Below, piece after piece: positions 1 to 12,730 of a DNA stretch of 64,000 nucleotides (positions within the stretch are counted from its first letter, which is position 1; each line of letters opens with the position of its first letter). The translations under genes were made by a program, and so were the position numbers. Origin of the DNA: the human T2T-CHM13v2.0 reference genome, Homo sapiens; NCBI RefSeq assembly GCF_009914755.1, contig NC_060935.1, one strand, 5' to 3'. The notes under the pieces were generated by a model. The model saw only the letters and a program-made list of their open reading frames with translations, ran no database searches and was not told the DNA's origin.

Positions 1-826
1 ACTCTTGTAATGAGCAGATGTTCTTGTTCTTTCACCCTCCAGAAATCAATGAGCAAAATGCCTTGAGCATCGCCAAAAGCTATTGCCATGATCTTTGCCC
101 TTGACTGGTCCACATGTGCCTTGACTAGCCCACTTCCAATTCTTGGTAGCCATTGCTTTGATTGTGTTTGTCTTCAGGATCATACTGGTAAAGCCATGTT
201 TCATCTCCTGTTACAATTCTTTAAAAAATGCTTCAGGATTTTGATCCCACTTGCTTAAAATTTCCATCGAAAGCTCCGCTCCTGTCTGCAGCTGATTTGG
301 GCACAATGGTTTTGGCACTCATTTAGTGAAAAGTGTGCTTAACTTCAATATTTTATTCAGCATCATATAAGCTGAACCAATTGAGATTTCCATGGTATTG
401 GCTATTGTTTCTGCTGTTAATCATTGGTCCTTTTCAATTAGGGCACTGATAAAATTAATTTTTTCCTCACAAATTGATGTGGATGGCCTGCCACTGAGGG
501 CTTCATCTTCAACATTGTCCTTTCCCTACTTAAAACAAGTTATCAGTTTGTAAACTGCTGATTTCTTTGGGGACATTGTTCCCATAAGCTTTTCGTAAAG
601 CAACAGTGATTTCACCTTTCTTCCATCCAAGTTTCACCATAAATTTGATATTAGTTCTTGCTTCAATTTTAGCAGAACTCATATTTCTCTTACAGGGGCT
701 CTTTTCAAACTGATGTCTTATCCTTCCTTTATGCCTCGAACTAGATCCTGTTCAGACATGTCACAACAAATGAGTACAAGTTTATTTTAGTGCAAAAATT
801 TTTGAAGTTGATGTGTAGTTTTTTTT
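1..826 (-). mobile_element. HSMAR2 mariner transposon (5' part, decayed transposase)
   Basis: The minus strand from 682 reads ATGAGTTCTGCTAAAATTGAAG (MSSAKIE, compare HSMAR2 MNSAKIE). VTGDETWLYQYDPED is encoded at about 172-216, and the upstream leader matches the recalled HSMAR2 5' region. Confidence 0.88.
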
Positions 827-855
827 TTGGTTGTTTAAAAATTCAAGTTTATTTC

Positions 856-1345
856 TTTTTTTTTTTTTTAAACTTTTATTTTATGTTCAGGGGTACCTGT
901 GAAGATTTGTTACATAGGTAAATTCATGTCATGGGGGTTTGTTGTACAGATTATTTAGTCACCCAGGAAGTAAGCCCGGTACCCAATAATTATCTTTTCT
1001 GCTCCTCTCCCCTCTTCCACCCTTTACCCTCAAATAGACTCAAGTATCTGTTGTTTTCTTCTTTGTGTTAATAAGTTATCATCATTTAGCTCCCATTTAT
1101 AAATGAGAACATGTGGTACTTGGTTTTCTGTTCCCATGTTAGTTTGCTGCAGCTCTATCCATATTCCCACAAAAGACATGATTTCATTCTTTTTATGCCT
1201 GCATACTATTCCATAGTGTATATGTACTACATTTTCTTTATCCAGTTTGTCACTGATGGGCATTAAGTTGATTTCATGCCTTTGCTATTGTGTATAGTGC
1301 CAAAATGAACATTCATGTGCATGTGTCTTTGTGATAGAGTGATGA
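856..1345 (-). mobile_element. L1 3' end (older L1PA13-16-like) with poly(A)
   Basis: T14 tract followed by typical L1PA 3'UTR (gggtac...gtttgttacataggtaaa...tttagctccca.ttataa.tgagaacatg). ORF 1030..1263 resembles decayed ORF2 C-terminal sequence. Confidence 0.85.
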
Positions 1346-4320
1346 AGTATGTCATGTCACTCTCTTCTGGCCTGTAAGGTTTCCACTGAGAGGTCTGCCA
1401 GATGTATTGGGACTCCTTTGTATATTATTTGTTTCCTTTCTCTTGCCACTTTTAGGACCCTTTCTTTATCCTTGATCTTTGGGAGTTTGTTTGTTAAATG
1501 TCTTGAGATATTCTTTTTTGGGTTAAATATACTTGGTGTTCTATACCCTTCTTGTACTTGAATATTGACAACTTTTTCAGTATTGGGAGGTTTGGGAAGT
1601 TCTCTGATATTTTCCCTTTGAATAAATTTTCTACACCAACCTCTCTCTCTCTACTCCCTCTTTAAGACCAATAACTCTTAGATTTGCCCCTTTGAGACCA
1701 TCTTCTAGATCTTATAGTTTTGTTTCATACTTTTTAATTATTTTTTCTTTTGTCTCCTCTGACTGTATATTTTCAAATAGCCTGTCTTCAAGCTCACTAA
1801 TTCTTTCTTCTGCTTGGCCAGTTCTGCTGTTAAGAGATTCTGATGCGGAAGGGGAACATCACACACCGGGGACTGTTGTGGGGTGGGGGGAGGGGGGAGG
1901 GATAGCATTAGGAGATATACCTAATGCTAAATGACGAGTTAATGGGTGCAGCACACCAACATGGCACATGTATACATATGTAACAAACCTGCACGTTGTG
2001 CAGATGTATCCTAAAACTTAAAGTATAATAATAATAAAATTAAAAAAAAAGAGATTCTGATGCATTCTTCAATATGTCAATTGCATTTATCAGCTCCAGG
2101 AATTCTTCTTGATTCTTTTAAATTATTTCAATCTCTTTGTTATGTTTATCTGATAGAATTCTGAATTTCTTTTCATGTTATTTTGGATTTTGTTGAGCTT
2201 CCTCAAAACAGCTCCTTTGAATTTTCTGTCTGAAAGGTCACATATCTCTGTCTTTCTGGGATTGGTCATTGGTGACTAATTCAGTTGATTTGGTAAGGTC
2301 ATGTTTTCCTGGATGGTCTTGATGCTTGTGGATATTCACTGGTATCTGGGCATTGAAGACTTTGTAGTTGTTATAGTTTTCGCAGTCTGGGCTTGTTTGA
2401 ACCTGTCCTTCTCTGGAAGGCTTTCCAAGTATTTGAAGGGACTTGAGTGCTGTGATCTAAGTCTTTGGTCATTGCAGCCATATCTGCATTACGGGGCACC
2501 CCAAGCCCAGTAATCTGTGACTCTTCCAGTCTCATAGAGGTACTGCCTTAGTGGTCTAAATAAGATCTGGAAGAATTCTCTGGGTTACCAGGCAGAGACT
2601 CTTGTTATCTTCCCTTACTTTCCCCCAAGGAAATGGAGTCTGTTTCTCTGAACTGAGCTGCCTGGAGCTGTGGGAAGGGTGACATAAGCACCTCCGTGGT
2701 CACCACCACTGGAACTGCACTTGGTCAGATACAAAGCCGGTACAGCTCTGTCTTACCTAAGGCCCACAGTGACCATTGTCTAGCTACTGCCTATGTTCCT
2801 TCAAGGCTCAAGGGCTCTATAATCAGCAGGTGGTGAATCCAACCAGGCTTGTGTCCTTTCATTCATGGTGGCAAACTCTCCCCTGCCCTAGGCAGTTCCA
2901 GAGATGTCATCTAGGAGCCAGGGTCTGGATTCAGGAATCTTAGAAATCTATCTGTTGCTGTATTCTACTGTGGCAGAGCTGGAACACAAGCCACAGACAA
3001 AATCCTTCCCAACTTTTCCTTTCCCTTACCTCAAGCAAAGGAGTCTTTCCCCATGGTCACCACTGCTCCAGGCTCATGGTGAGTACTACCTGGTTACTGC
3101 TGATGTTCACTCAAGGACCAAGGTCTCTTTAGTCAGCTTGCGGTGAATGTCACCAGCCCCAAGTCTCTCCCTTCAGGGACATGGGCTCCCATCTTGCCCA
3201 GGCCAGCTGCAGAAATGCCATCCAGGAGCCAATGCCTAGAATTGTGGACCCCAGCAGCCCAGTTGGTGCTCTACCCCATGGTGGCTGAGCTGGTACCCAA
3301 GCTGCAAGACAATCTCCCCTTTACTCTTCCATCCCCTTTCCTCAAACATTAGCCTCTCTTCACAGCCACAATAGCTGGGAATGTGCTGGGTCTCACCTGA
3401 AGCCAGTATAACACTGGGTCTTACCCAAGGCCTATGATGTACTACCTGGATATCACTGCTGGTTATTTAGGACCCAAGGACTCTTTAGCCAGCATGTGAT
3501 GGATCTTGCCAGGACTAGGTCTTTCCCTTCAAGACAACAGATTCCCTTCTGGCCCAGGGTGTGTCTAGAAACGTCATCCATGAGCTAGGACCTGGAATGG
3601 AGGCCTTAGGACTCTTCCTGGTGCCCTATTCTGCTGTGGCTGAGCTGGCATCCAATTTGCAAGACAAAGTCCTCTTTACCCTCACCTCTCCTCTCCTTGA
3701 GAAGGAAGGAGTTTCTTTTGAAGCTGTGAACTGCACTGTCTGAGGTTGGGGGAGGGTGGTGCAAGCACTCCATCGATTGCTCCAGCTGGTGTCTCCCTAG
3801 TTTGCATACACCTGAAATCCATTGGCTCTGAGTCCAGCCCAGCACCAGGACTTTCCCAGGAATTGTAGTCCTTGTGGCCTAGACCAACTTTCAAGTTTAT
3901 TTGGAACCCCAGAGTACTTTATCCTGTGGTGATGAGACTTGCCAGAGCTCAGGTTCTGACCACAGGGATGGATGATTCACCTTTGGCTAAGGCTGGTCTA
4001 AATGCTCCATCTATGGACACCAGCTGAGTTCTGCCCCATGTTACTTTCTGCCATGACAGGGCAGCACTGAGTTCCAATGCCGAGCCCCACGATGACTGTG
4101 CTCTCCCTCTCCCAAGAGCACAGATTCTTCACACCATGAGGCTGATGCCAGGAGATGGAGAAGGGGTGGTATAGATGATTCAAGACTGTCTTTCCTACTC
4201 TCTTTAGTGCCTCTTTCCTTCACTTTTTAGCGCCTCTTTCCTTAATATGATGTTAAAACCTGGCATTGTGATCTCTCATCTAATTTTTGGTTGTTATGAA
4301 GGTGATTTTTTTGTGTGTAG
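1346..4320 (-). mobile_element. Old L1 ORF1 plus 5'UTR region (L1M1/L1M2-type), interrupted by a young L1PA
   Basis: Antisense ORF1-type sequence (ctggcctgtaaggtttccactgag, tctgactgtatattttcaaatagcctgtcttcaagc) and a long internally repetitive 5'UTR. Confidence 0.8.
1847..2048 (+). mobile_element. 5'-truncated young L1 (L1PA3/4-like) with a perfect 15-bp TSD
   Basis: L1 3'UTR (gggatagcattaggagatatacctaatgctaaatgacgagttaatggg) plus an A-rich tail. TSD aagagattctgatgc at 1832-1846 and 2049-2063; TT|AAGA endonuclease site. Confidence 0.95.
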
Positions 4321-4859
4321 TGCAGTGGAACTTCATACTGTCATGTTACGACATGACAGCAACACTGTCATGAGTTCTACTCATGCAACTACTCAAGCAA
4401 CACTGAGTTCTACTGCAATGAGAATTTGTTTTTAACACTATCATGGAAAGTCCTTGAGTTTCAATGCATGCCTTGAGTTGAGAGTTTTGGGATGTAGAGA
4501 CATAAGCATTTACCTCCACTCTGAGATCTTTGGAGTGTCCAAACTTTTCTATTTGATGAGAACTTAATTACAGGTAATCAGTTTTATGCTGAGCGTCATA
4601 GCTGCTAGATCTTTATTCTGGGACATGAATGAGCCTTTGTGCTATTTGTCATACATTAGCCAGATAAATGATCCTGTATTTCCCATATTTTGCATATTTT
4701 GCTAAACATTTCTTTCCTTCACTGCACTCATGGTATCAATCTCTGTATCAGTTAGGATTCTTGGCTGTAAGCAAAAGAAATGGATTCAGGACCTCTTATG
4801 CAGAAAGGCAAATTTTTGGAAGCATATCAGAGTTTCATTGAATTATTGAGGGTTGGAAA

Positions 4860-5277
4860 TGTGGGAGTGGCTTCATTGGGTGGTCCTGGTTCAGAGACTC
4901 TCGTGAAGTTGCAACTAAGATGTCAGACAAAGCTGCAGTCTTCAAAGACTTGAATGGGGCCAGAGGATGTGCTCTAAGGCTGCTAATGTGTCTGTTGGCA
5001 AGAGGTTTTAATTTCTTGCCATGTGGGCTTCTTCAAAAGGTTGCCTATGTCATGACTTACCTCAGAGTAACTGATTGCTGGAGTATAGTACGTGAGTGGG
5101 AAGAGAGAATGAAAGCACAAGATGGAAGTTGAATACTCCTTTATTCCCAAATTACTTTTGTAATATTCTATGGGTGACATTGACCAACCGTAGCATAATG
5201 CGGGAGGGAATTACACAAAGGCAACAGTACTGGGAGACAAGGATAATTAGTGAGTATCTTGGAGGCTGCCTACTACA
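4860..5277 (-). mobile_element. MLT1 (ERVL-MaLR) LTR, nested in an older MLT1-like LTR (about 4744-5740)
   Basis: Ends in ggaggctgcctactaca, a typical MLT1F-H terminus; the outer element begins tgtatcagttaggattcttggctg. Confidence 0.65.
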
Positions 5278-7641
5278 ATGGCTAAGTGGAGGACAAAGCT
5301 GAGAAATAATAAAAAAATCACCAAACAAACAAGAAGAAAACCTAGGGATGCTCCAAGGGCTGGACAGCAAAACTTCAGAAAATGTCAGAGGGGAGGAACA
5401 AAACTCATTATGTTGTTATTGCCATAAACATAGAGACAAAAGTCTTTATGTTGTTATTGCCACTGTAATGGTTATGACTTTTAGTCATTCTACATTTGCT
5501 CAAGATTGAGAGCCCTGGGAGAGAGCTGAGCCTACCTCATGTGCTTGCATCTCCATCATGCTGGGTTTGTGAGAGAATATCTATTTAATTCAGCTTCCAT
5601 CACAGGGAGCAAGCACTACCTTCCACCAAGACTACACACAACAGGGAATTCTCCAAATAAGAGGTCAGGATGCTAACTGGAAAGAAGGGTTTAATGCTAG
5701 ATACACCTGCCCTTTCCCAGAAAAGACAGTATCTAATAGAGTCATACAAAATTGAGGGACCTCCAAGTGGCTAATGTGATGTGTAGTCTGAGAGATCTAT
5801 GTAAATAATTAAATGTAGGAGTCACTGGAATTTGAATAGGAGGTATTTGAGATTATGATAATACACAAAAGAGCTAGTGAGTGTTTGTAGAGACAAGACA
5901 AGAGGGCAAGAAGGAACACAGAATATTTGAGAGAGTAGGAAAATTCAGGCTCATGGATACTGCCTCTTTTCTAATTTCTCACTGTTTGAAACACATCCAG
6001 GAACTGATTCACTTGTAAGTCCTTGCTGCTGTTGTGTCTCTTAGTTTTCTTTTGTCTGAAAGTGCAGTCTTCCTCAATAGGCTAGAGCTCTTATCAAGCA
6101 AGGACTGTCTCATTCACCTCTCTCTTCACTCTATAACTCAGAGTTGTTTAGCTATGTTTTAACCTGCCCAAGAGGAGGGGATCTAGCTATAGTTGGTTAT
6201 CCTGCCCATGCAAAAGCTCAAGAGAAGAAGCCACTCCTGGATGTTAGCAAACAGCTATAGAAAAAGTGATTGATACTTTGCTTTAGAGGAGAATAACCTT
6301 TTTAAATTGCAGCATTCATTTGATGATTCTTCAGTAGCCCTCAGATCTAAACCTCTGGAAATATAGAAGTTGCTATGCAGACAGAGATAAATTCTCACTG
6401 TGTAGTATGACTTGTGTGAAGGAATAATATACTGCTTGTATAACTTTTAATTCTTAGTAAATGAATATTGTGGATTAAGCTCTCCTTATAAGGATGAGAC
6501 AATAAGTAATAAAGCCAGGGGCCTTCTGTAGGAGATAAGGTCTCACCTCTAGTGTAAGCTTGTTACTTTTCCCAGTTATATGGGGCAATAGGCCTGCTTC
6601 TCAGATAAGAAACTAGAACTTGGGAGAACAGGTCTAGGTCACCAGAAGGGAATTGATCCCTTCTTCGGTTTGGATTTCAGGAAAGGGTTGTTGAGATATG
6701 TAGGAAAAGGCTCACTGACGATGGGTGTTAAGATGACACTGACCCCGTGGAGGTAGGCTGGAGACTGAGAAGGTGGGAACTAAGGGAACAGAGTCAACCC
6801 TTTGAAGCTAGTTTGATGATTATCTCTCTGGGATGGAAGTGAAATATTATAGAACTTTTGAGCCCTGAGAATGAGCTCCTGATGGTAAAAACCAGCCTTG
6901 GATGATAAAGCCAGACTTCACTTCCCTTTGGTATTTATTTACTTGTTGCCCTCCAACTGGGTTTTGTGAAATCTGTTCAAGTCCTGGATGAGACCTGGAT
7001 GGTCTCAGCTAAGCTCTGAGGGTACCCAGGTTGACTCTTGTGTTCTATAAGAGTTAGAGTTATAAAGGAGAAGTCATAGTCCACTTGCCTTTGGCCATTA
7101 GAGCATTTGCAGTGTGGATGCAGAACAAAGCATGAACATGTTCCATGCCTCCCCGTGTATCACTGAGGCGGTGCCTGGAGAATCGCACCATCTCTGTGTG
7201 CCCTTCCTAAGCCAGGCTATGGTCACATTGCTGGTCCCTGCTTCTGCTGCCTCCTTGGCACCCCAAACCTGGATGGCATCCTCTAGAAAGGGTGCAAAGG
7301 CAAGAGACTGGCTTCTTATCACTTAGTTTCCAGAACTATGAGCCGAAGGCCTAAAATTTTTTCAAGGATTCATGAAAATGTTCAAGTTTACAAAGCATAT
7401 TATTGGCTTCAACATATGAATATGGTAAGACAGGTAAATAAATGTTTATTTAAGTGTCTTCATGTCTGTTGGTCTACTAAACTCAACTATTATGTAGTTG
7501 TATAGAAATTGTATTCTATATGAGATATAGATGCATCTTATTATGATATTAGGTGAGAATTTCAAAATAAAAGGACTAGCAGCAGCTTAAAATACTGTCT
7601 CTCCCTCAGTCCGTCCCGCTAGGTGCAAAGCAGCCTCTTAT

Positions 7642-7655
7642 CCACCAGAGGGCGG
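7642..7655 (+). promoter_or_regulatory. CTCF core motif CCACCAGAGGGCGG
   Basis: Matches the CCASYAGRKGGCRS consensus and lies in a small CpG-retaining non-repeat patch. Confidence 0.7.
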
Positions 7656-8409
7656 ACTAAGCCCCGCTTCAGCTTCCTTAGCCAGGATCCCCTTCTCCCA
7701 GGCAGATCGCAAGCAGGTCTCCCAGATTCATCTCTAATTCTTCCTTCTTTCTGAGCCTTGGTTTTGTGGCCTGTAAATTTGAATTAATGGTGCCTCCTTC
7801 ACAGAGGTGAGGTAACATTCTTCCAAAGCACTTGGGATTCCGGGGGCAGGTGGTAATGTTAGGGAGGAGGGAGGCTTGAAGTTTCCTCTCATCTGAGAAA
7901 CCTTGCTGAGACATCCAGAGACTGAGAATACTAGTGAGACCCATTTTGTTTTATTCCTGATTTCCCTCAAAGCACAAAGGCTGGGGCAGAGATGGAAGAG
8001 TGGTGGGAGTGGGGGTCATTACGGGCATGAATGGAGATCCCCGAATTTTGACACAGGACTACTCTTCTTGAGCCTGTCCTTCCTTACTGAGATTTATTAT
8101 TTCAAAATGCTGTCTGAGCTCAGAGGAGGCTTAGAGATCTCCTGGCTGGAGACGGGGTGGGGGTGGGTGAAGAAAAAATTAGGGAGGTTTTATGGAGGAG
8201 TTAGTCTTGACCTGAATGTGCTGGTAGGGTTTTTTCAAATGAAATAATTTAAATAACTTGTTTTCCTAATTATAAAATAATATATACACAATACAGAAAA
8301 TTTTGAATATAGCATCTCTCCCCCCAAAAATATATGTGTTTCTTAGTTATCCCATCATTCAGATAAACCCACCATTAACAGTTTGGTGTATGTTCTTTCT
8401 TTTACATCT

Positions 8410-8822
8410 TATCTTAGTTTTGTTCCTGCTGCTATAACAAAATACCACAGACTGGGTGATTTGTAAAGAATAGAAATTTATTCCTCACAGTTCTGGTGGC
8501 TGGAAAGTCCAAGATCAAGGCATCAGCAGATTTACTATTTGGTTAGGGTTGCTCTCTGCTTCTAAGATGGCACCTGTTGCTACATCCTCATGTGGCAGAA
8601 GGGCAAAAAGGGGGACAAACACTGTGTCCTCACATGGCAGAAGAGATGGAGGGGGGAGCTCACCCCCTTAAGGCCTTCTATAAAGGTGCTAATTCCAGCT
8701 GTAATAGTGAAACCCTCATGATTTAGTCACCTCCTAAAGGCATTGCCTCTTAATACAATCACCTTGGAGGTTAAATTTCAACATATGAGTTTTGGAGGCA
8801 CACATACATTCAAACCATACCA
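8410..8822 (-). mobile_element. MLT1A/MST solo LTR with 5-bp TSD CATCT
   Basis: gctgctataacaaaataccacagactgggtg...cacagttctgg...tcaaaccatacca; catct at 8405-8409 and 8823-8827. Confidence 0.88.
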
Positions 8823-9384
8823 CATCTTTATGTACATATTTATAAACATGTATAACATCAAACCTCTTTAAAGTCTGTCTTTTTCAGTGTGTATCTTTCT
8901 ATGCTATACTTTGTTCTTCTATTATTTTTTGCTTATTTCATATTACATTGAATAGATGTGCCAGAATTTATGCAATGAAGCCCTATATACATGTAAGTTG
9001 TTTCCAGATTTTAATTATCATAAAAATGCTATAATAATCATCTTTGGAGCTAAATTTTGCAAAATGTTCATATTGTTTCTTAGCAGGGATACACATGGGG
9101 ATAATCTGGGACCACTTTAATCTAATTTTAATCCAATGCGATACTATTTTTTATCCTTTCTAGAAATAGGATTGTATAGTCAAAGGGGAACTGCATATGT
9201 AATTTTGCTAGATTTAGGAAATGTGGCATTTTGTATTTCTACCCATCTTATATAACGGTTCTTCTTTCTTGCAGCCTCACCAACTGGATATGTTGTCAAA
9301 TTTATAGATGAATTTCTGGATGACCAGATGTAGGAGGAACTAGTACAACTTAAGCAACAGACAACAGAAACAGACCCACAGGTT

Positions 9385-9600
9385 CAAATGTAGGGGGACC
9401 TAACAGGAAGAGAAATGTCAGCTCCATATAGGGAAGCACTTTCTGTCACCCTATCTGTCTAAAGGTAGTGTGAGATTCTCAGGCAGTTATAGGCTTCCTG
9501 TCACTTGAGGTGTTCAAGCACAGGCCAGATGACCATTCAGCAGAATGTAGTAGAGAAGTTTCAGCACCACTTTGGCATCTAGATCAAGGACCTTTAAGAC
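9385..9600 (+). mobile_element. L3/CR1 3' fragment
   Basis: ggaagcactttctg...ttcctgtcacttgaggtgttcaagcacaggccagatgacc is typical of the CR1/L3 3' end. Confidence 0.6.
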
Positions 9601-10204
9601 TGGAGAAAAATACAAAACCATATTGATTGCTTCATTTTAAATACCTGAATCCATGATTATGAGAGACTTAATTAGGCCCTTATTGCTGCTATGGATTTGT
9701 ATGTCCCTAGTCCTTTCACTCTCCCATTTACTTCTAGAGCACTTTTATATACCTTCCTCAAACTCCCAGCACCCTCTCCACCATCCTTATTCTAAGCTTC
9801 TGACCTTGCTTGTTACTTCACTTAAAGGATGGCATCAATCAGAAGAGAGCCTCCACAGACTCTTAACAAAACATCTCTACACCTACTGGCATCTGAACAT
9901 AGGTGCTCTTCTCCCTTGGTTGCCATCGATTAACTTTCTGTGCCCCTAGCTGGAGCCATTTCTTTTATTTGTGCAGCAGATCCCTCCCCTTTCCACTACT
10001 CAAAGGCATTGCTTCAGCCGTTACCTATCTCTGCCTTCACCTCGTACTCCCCTCACTCCTTTGTTTCACCTTAGTGTTCTTCCTGCTCTTGCTCAAAGAT
10101 ACCAGCCATACTCTTGCCTTAGAATATTTGCTTTCACTGATTCCTTTTTTTGGGAAAGCTCTTCTCACAGATTTGCATTATACATAACTCTTTCACCTCC
10201 ATTT

Positions 10205-10545
10205 ACATTGACTAGGCTTAAAAAATATCTAACTGTAGGCTTTTTACAGGAGTTACCTAAAACATGAGAATACAGAATGGCAAAAGAAAAAGAATGAAAA
10301 TACAATATACCATGCAAACACTAACTAAAATAACGGCAGTGTAATTAATATTAATTTGACTAAAATTGACCATAAGACAAAAAGCATTAAGAGATAATGA
10401 GGGCTATCTTAAGATAACAAAATGTAACATTTCCAGCAGAATGTAATAATTGTAAACGTATATGCACCTAATAACATAGCCTGACAGTATATAAAGCAGA
10501 AATACACAATTATATTGGGACATTTTAATTCATCTCTCCCTTAAT
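10205..10545 (+). mobile_element. Ancient L1M ORF2 endonuclease fragment
   Basis: Decayed NVYAPNN (aacgtatatgcacctaataac) and IILGxFN motifs. Confidence 0.7.
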
Positions 10546-11299
10546 TAACTCCTCCTATGGGAACGGTCTATTTATATCTTTCTCCATTTACTAGGTTGTG
10601 AGGACTCCAAGGTAGAGACCCTGCCTTAATCATGGTTGTATTCCTAGTGATGTGCATGGTGCCAGGCATAGGATTGGTCTTTATTCATTAATGTTTTCTG
10701 TACTAGACTTTCTCTGGCAGTAGTGAGGTCACCATGTTCTGAAGCATTCTTTAGGAATGTTCTTACTCCTAGAAGGGACTTAGTCTTCTGGATTGAAAGC
10801 TGTCTCTCTCTGCACCCCACCCTCACTACCCTATCCTCATGGGCCTTGGGCATAGATGGGTTCTGGAGGGCCGGCGTTTTAAATCTTGAGTAGTGTTAGT
10901 TGTAGGGAATTTAAAACAGATCAATTTTTTATTTCCTACAAAGTCCTGGGCTGGGCATGGTTTCTATTAGAAGGATCCTTTATAATGGATCCTCAATAAT
11001 CTAATACATCCTCAATAATTTATCTGAGGGTTTGCATTAAGGCTTTTCAATTATTCAAATTGTCAGATTTTTCATCTCTTGGTGAAACTTTTCTGGAAGC
11101 TTCTATTTCAGTTGTTGCAAGTGCTTGATAGCATAGCTTCTGCCTTTGGCAAGCCCTTAGCCAAGGGCTGTAAATCTGGGCCTATCAAAACCATTATGGC
11201 AATTTAGAGGCTTTCTGGAGTTCAGTGCTTCTATACAGAGATTTAAATGAAGCAGTGTCTGTGGGGACTTAGAGAGTTTGTAGGTCTTGGTTTTTCTCT

Positions 11300-11763
11300 G
11301 GGTTCTGCTTATAAACCATTCAGCTGGGCATCCTCCCCCATAGCTTCTCTATCATCTCTGCTCTGCTCTGCATCTGGAAGAGCTGATCTTCAGACCGTAG
11401 CACCTGGACTCTCTTGTTCCCTGATTGGGTTCAGCCAGCAGAGGAACTGGCTGGAGATCAGAGGAAGGAGCAGAGACAGGTTAGGGAATTTCTTCTCCAT
11501 TTCTCTTTGGAGCTATGATTTTATGATCACAGTTTCTTCTGGGTAGCCTCTTCCAAGTCTGCCCTGGAACACCAGTAAGTGATTTACCTGCTTGTCCCTC
11601 TAGAAGTGGTGGTGGTAATGGGTTCCCGCAGTTGTCAGTCCCCGCATGCTTCAAACCACTTGCTATTATTTTCTTAACCCTGAACATAAATAGGCCTTCA
11701 TTAAATTGTTGTCCAAATTTCAGCCGTGTGGCCCTCTTTCCCACTGGGACCTGCCTGGAATAT
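11300..11763 (+). mobile_element. ERVL LTR (LTR33-like)
   Basis: gggttcagccagcagaggaactggctggagatcagagg...cttcattaaa...tttcccactgggacctgcctggaata resembles LTR33. Confidence 0.55.
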
Positions 11764-12339
11764 GAAAATGAACAGAATATGCATTTTGCCTGAAAGATGG
11801 CCCCTTTCCTTACCATCTGTCAGCTCAGAGTCCTCATCAGATACACCTGGAAGGACTAGGTCTCAGGTGCTGTGGACTTAGGTGTGGAGATTCAGAGAAG
11901 GAAAAGACACTTGTGCAAGGTCAAAGAGATAAAAGATAAGCCTCAAGCCCTCATCCGCTGTGCTGTGTGCTTTCTGCTGGTGGGCCTTCTCTTTTAGCTG
12001 TCTTCACTGAGGAGACATGCAGAGGGGGAACAAGTGAGGACTTGTAAATTGGTAAGCAAAAGTAGAAAGCTCAAGCCAGCTTAAGGGAAATAAGAAAAAT
12101 CTTGTTAGAATGTACAGGTGTCTCATGGGACCCCCAGGACAGGGAAGCTGTTGGTTCTCATAAACCAGGGATGGGAATGTCCTTCTCAGGGAAAATTATT
12201 GGAAACCCAAGTCCTCTTTCTTTTAAGGACTGGGTTTTCTGTTGGTTCTCTTTCTCTTTTTGCACCTGGTTCCTGGATGATCTCTGCCCCTCTTTGCTCT
12301 GACACATGGGGCAGCTACTTCCTCTACCATGCTTGAACC

Positions 12340-12730
12340 ATTCCATGGCAGTTTACTAATATCTATTGTGTGCTAGCTACTGCACTAGAAGACACGGTCT
12401 CTTTTCTCATGGTATGGAAGGTGGGAGAGACAGACAGTAATCAAACAAATAAACAATCAAGGGAATTTCAGAGAGTGATAAGTGGCATTCATAGGAGAAT
12501 GACCAGGGATGGTTCTTTGTAGGTCAGGGAAGATTTCTCTCAAGAAGATGATGTGACTTGAGACCCTAGAAGAGAGAAGAATTATGTAGGGTTTCTTGAG
12601 TCAGAAGAAAAGGTTTGCATTTTTTTTTTCTAAGTGCAGTAGTAAGAAGCAATTAAAGAGTTTTAAGTGAGGGAGGACAAGCTCGTATTTACGTTGTTAA
12701 AGGATGACTCAGGCTGCTGTGTGGTTAATG
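12340..12730 (-). mobile_element. L2 fragment
   Basis: tttactaatatctattgtgtgctag...gtcagggaag...gagttttaag...ggctgctgtgtgg. Confidence 0.6.
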
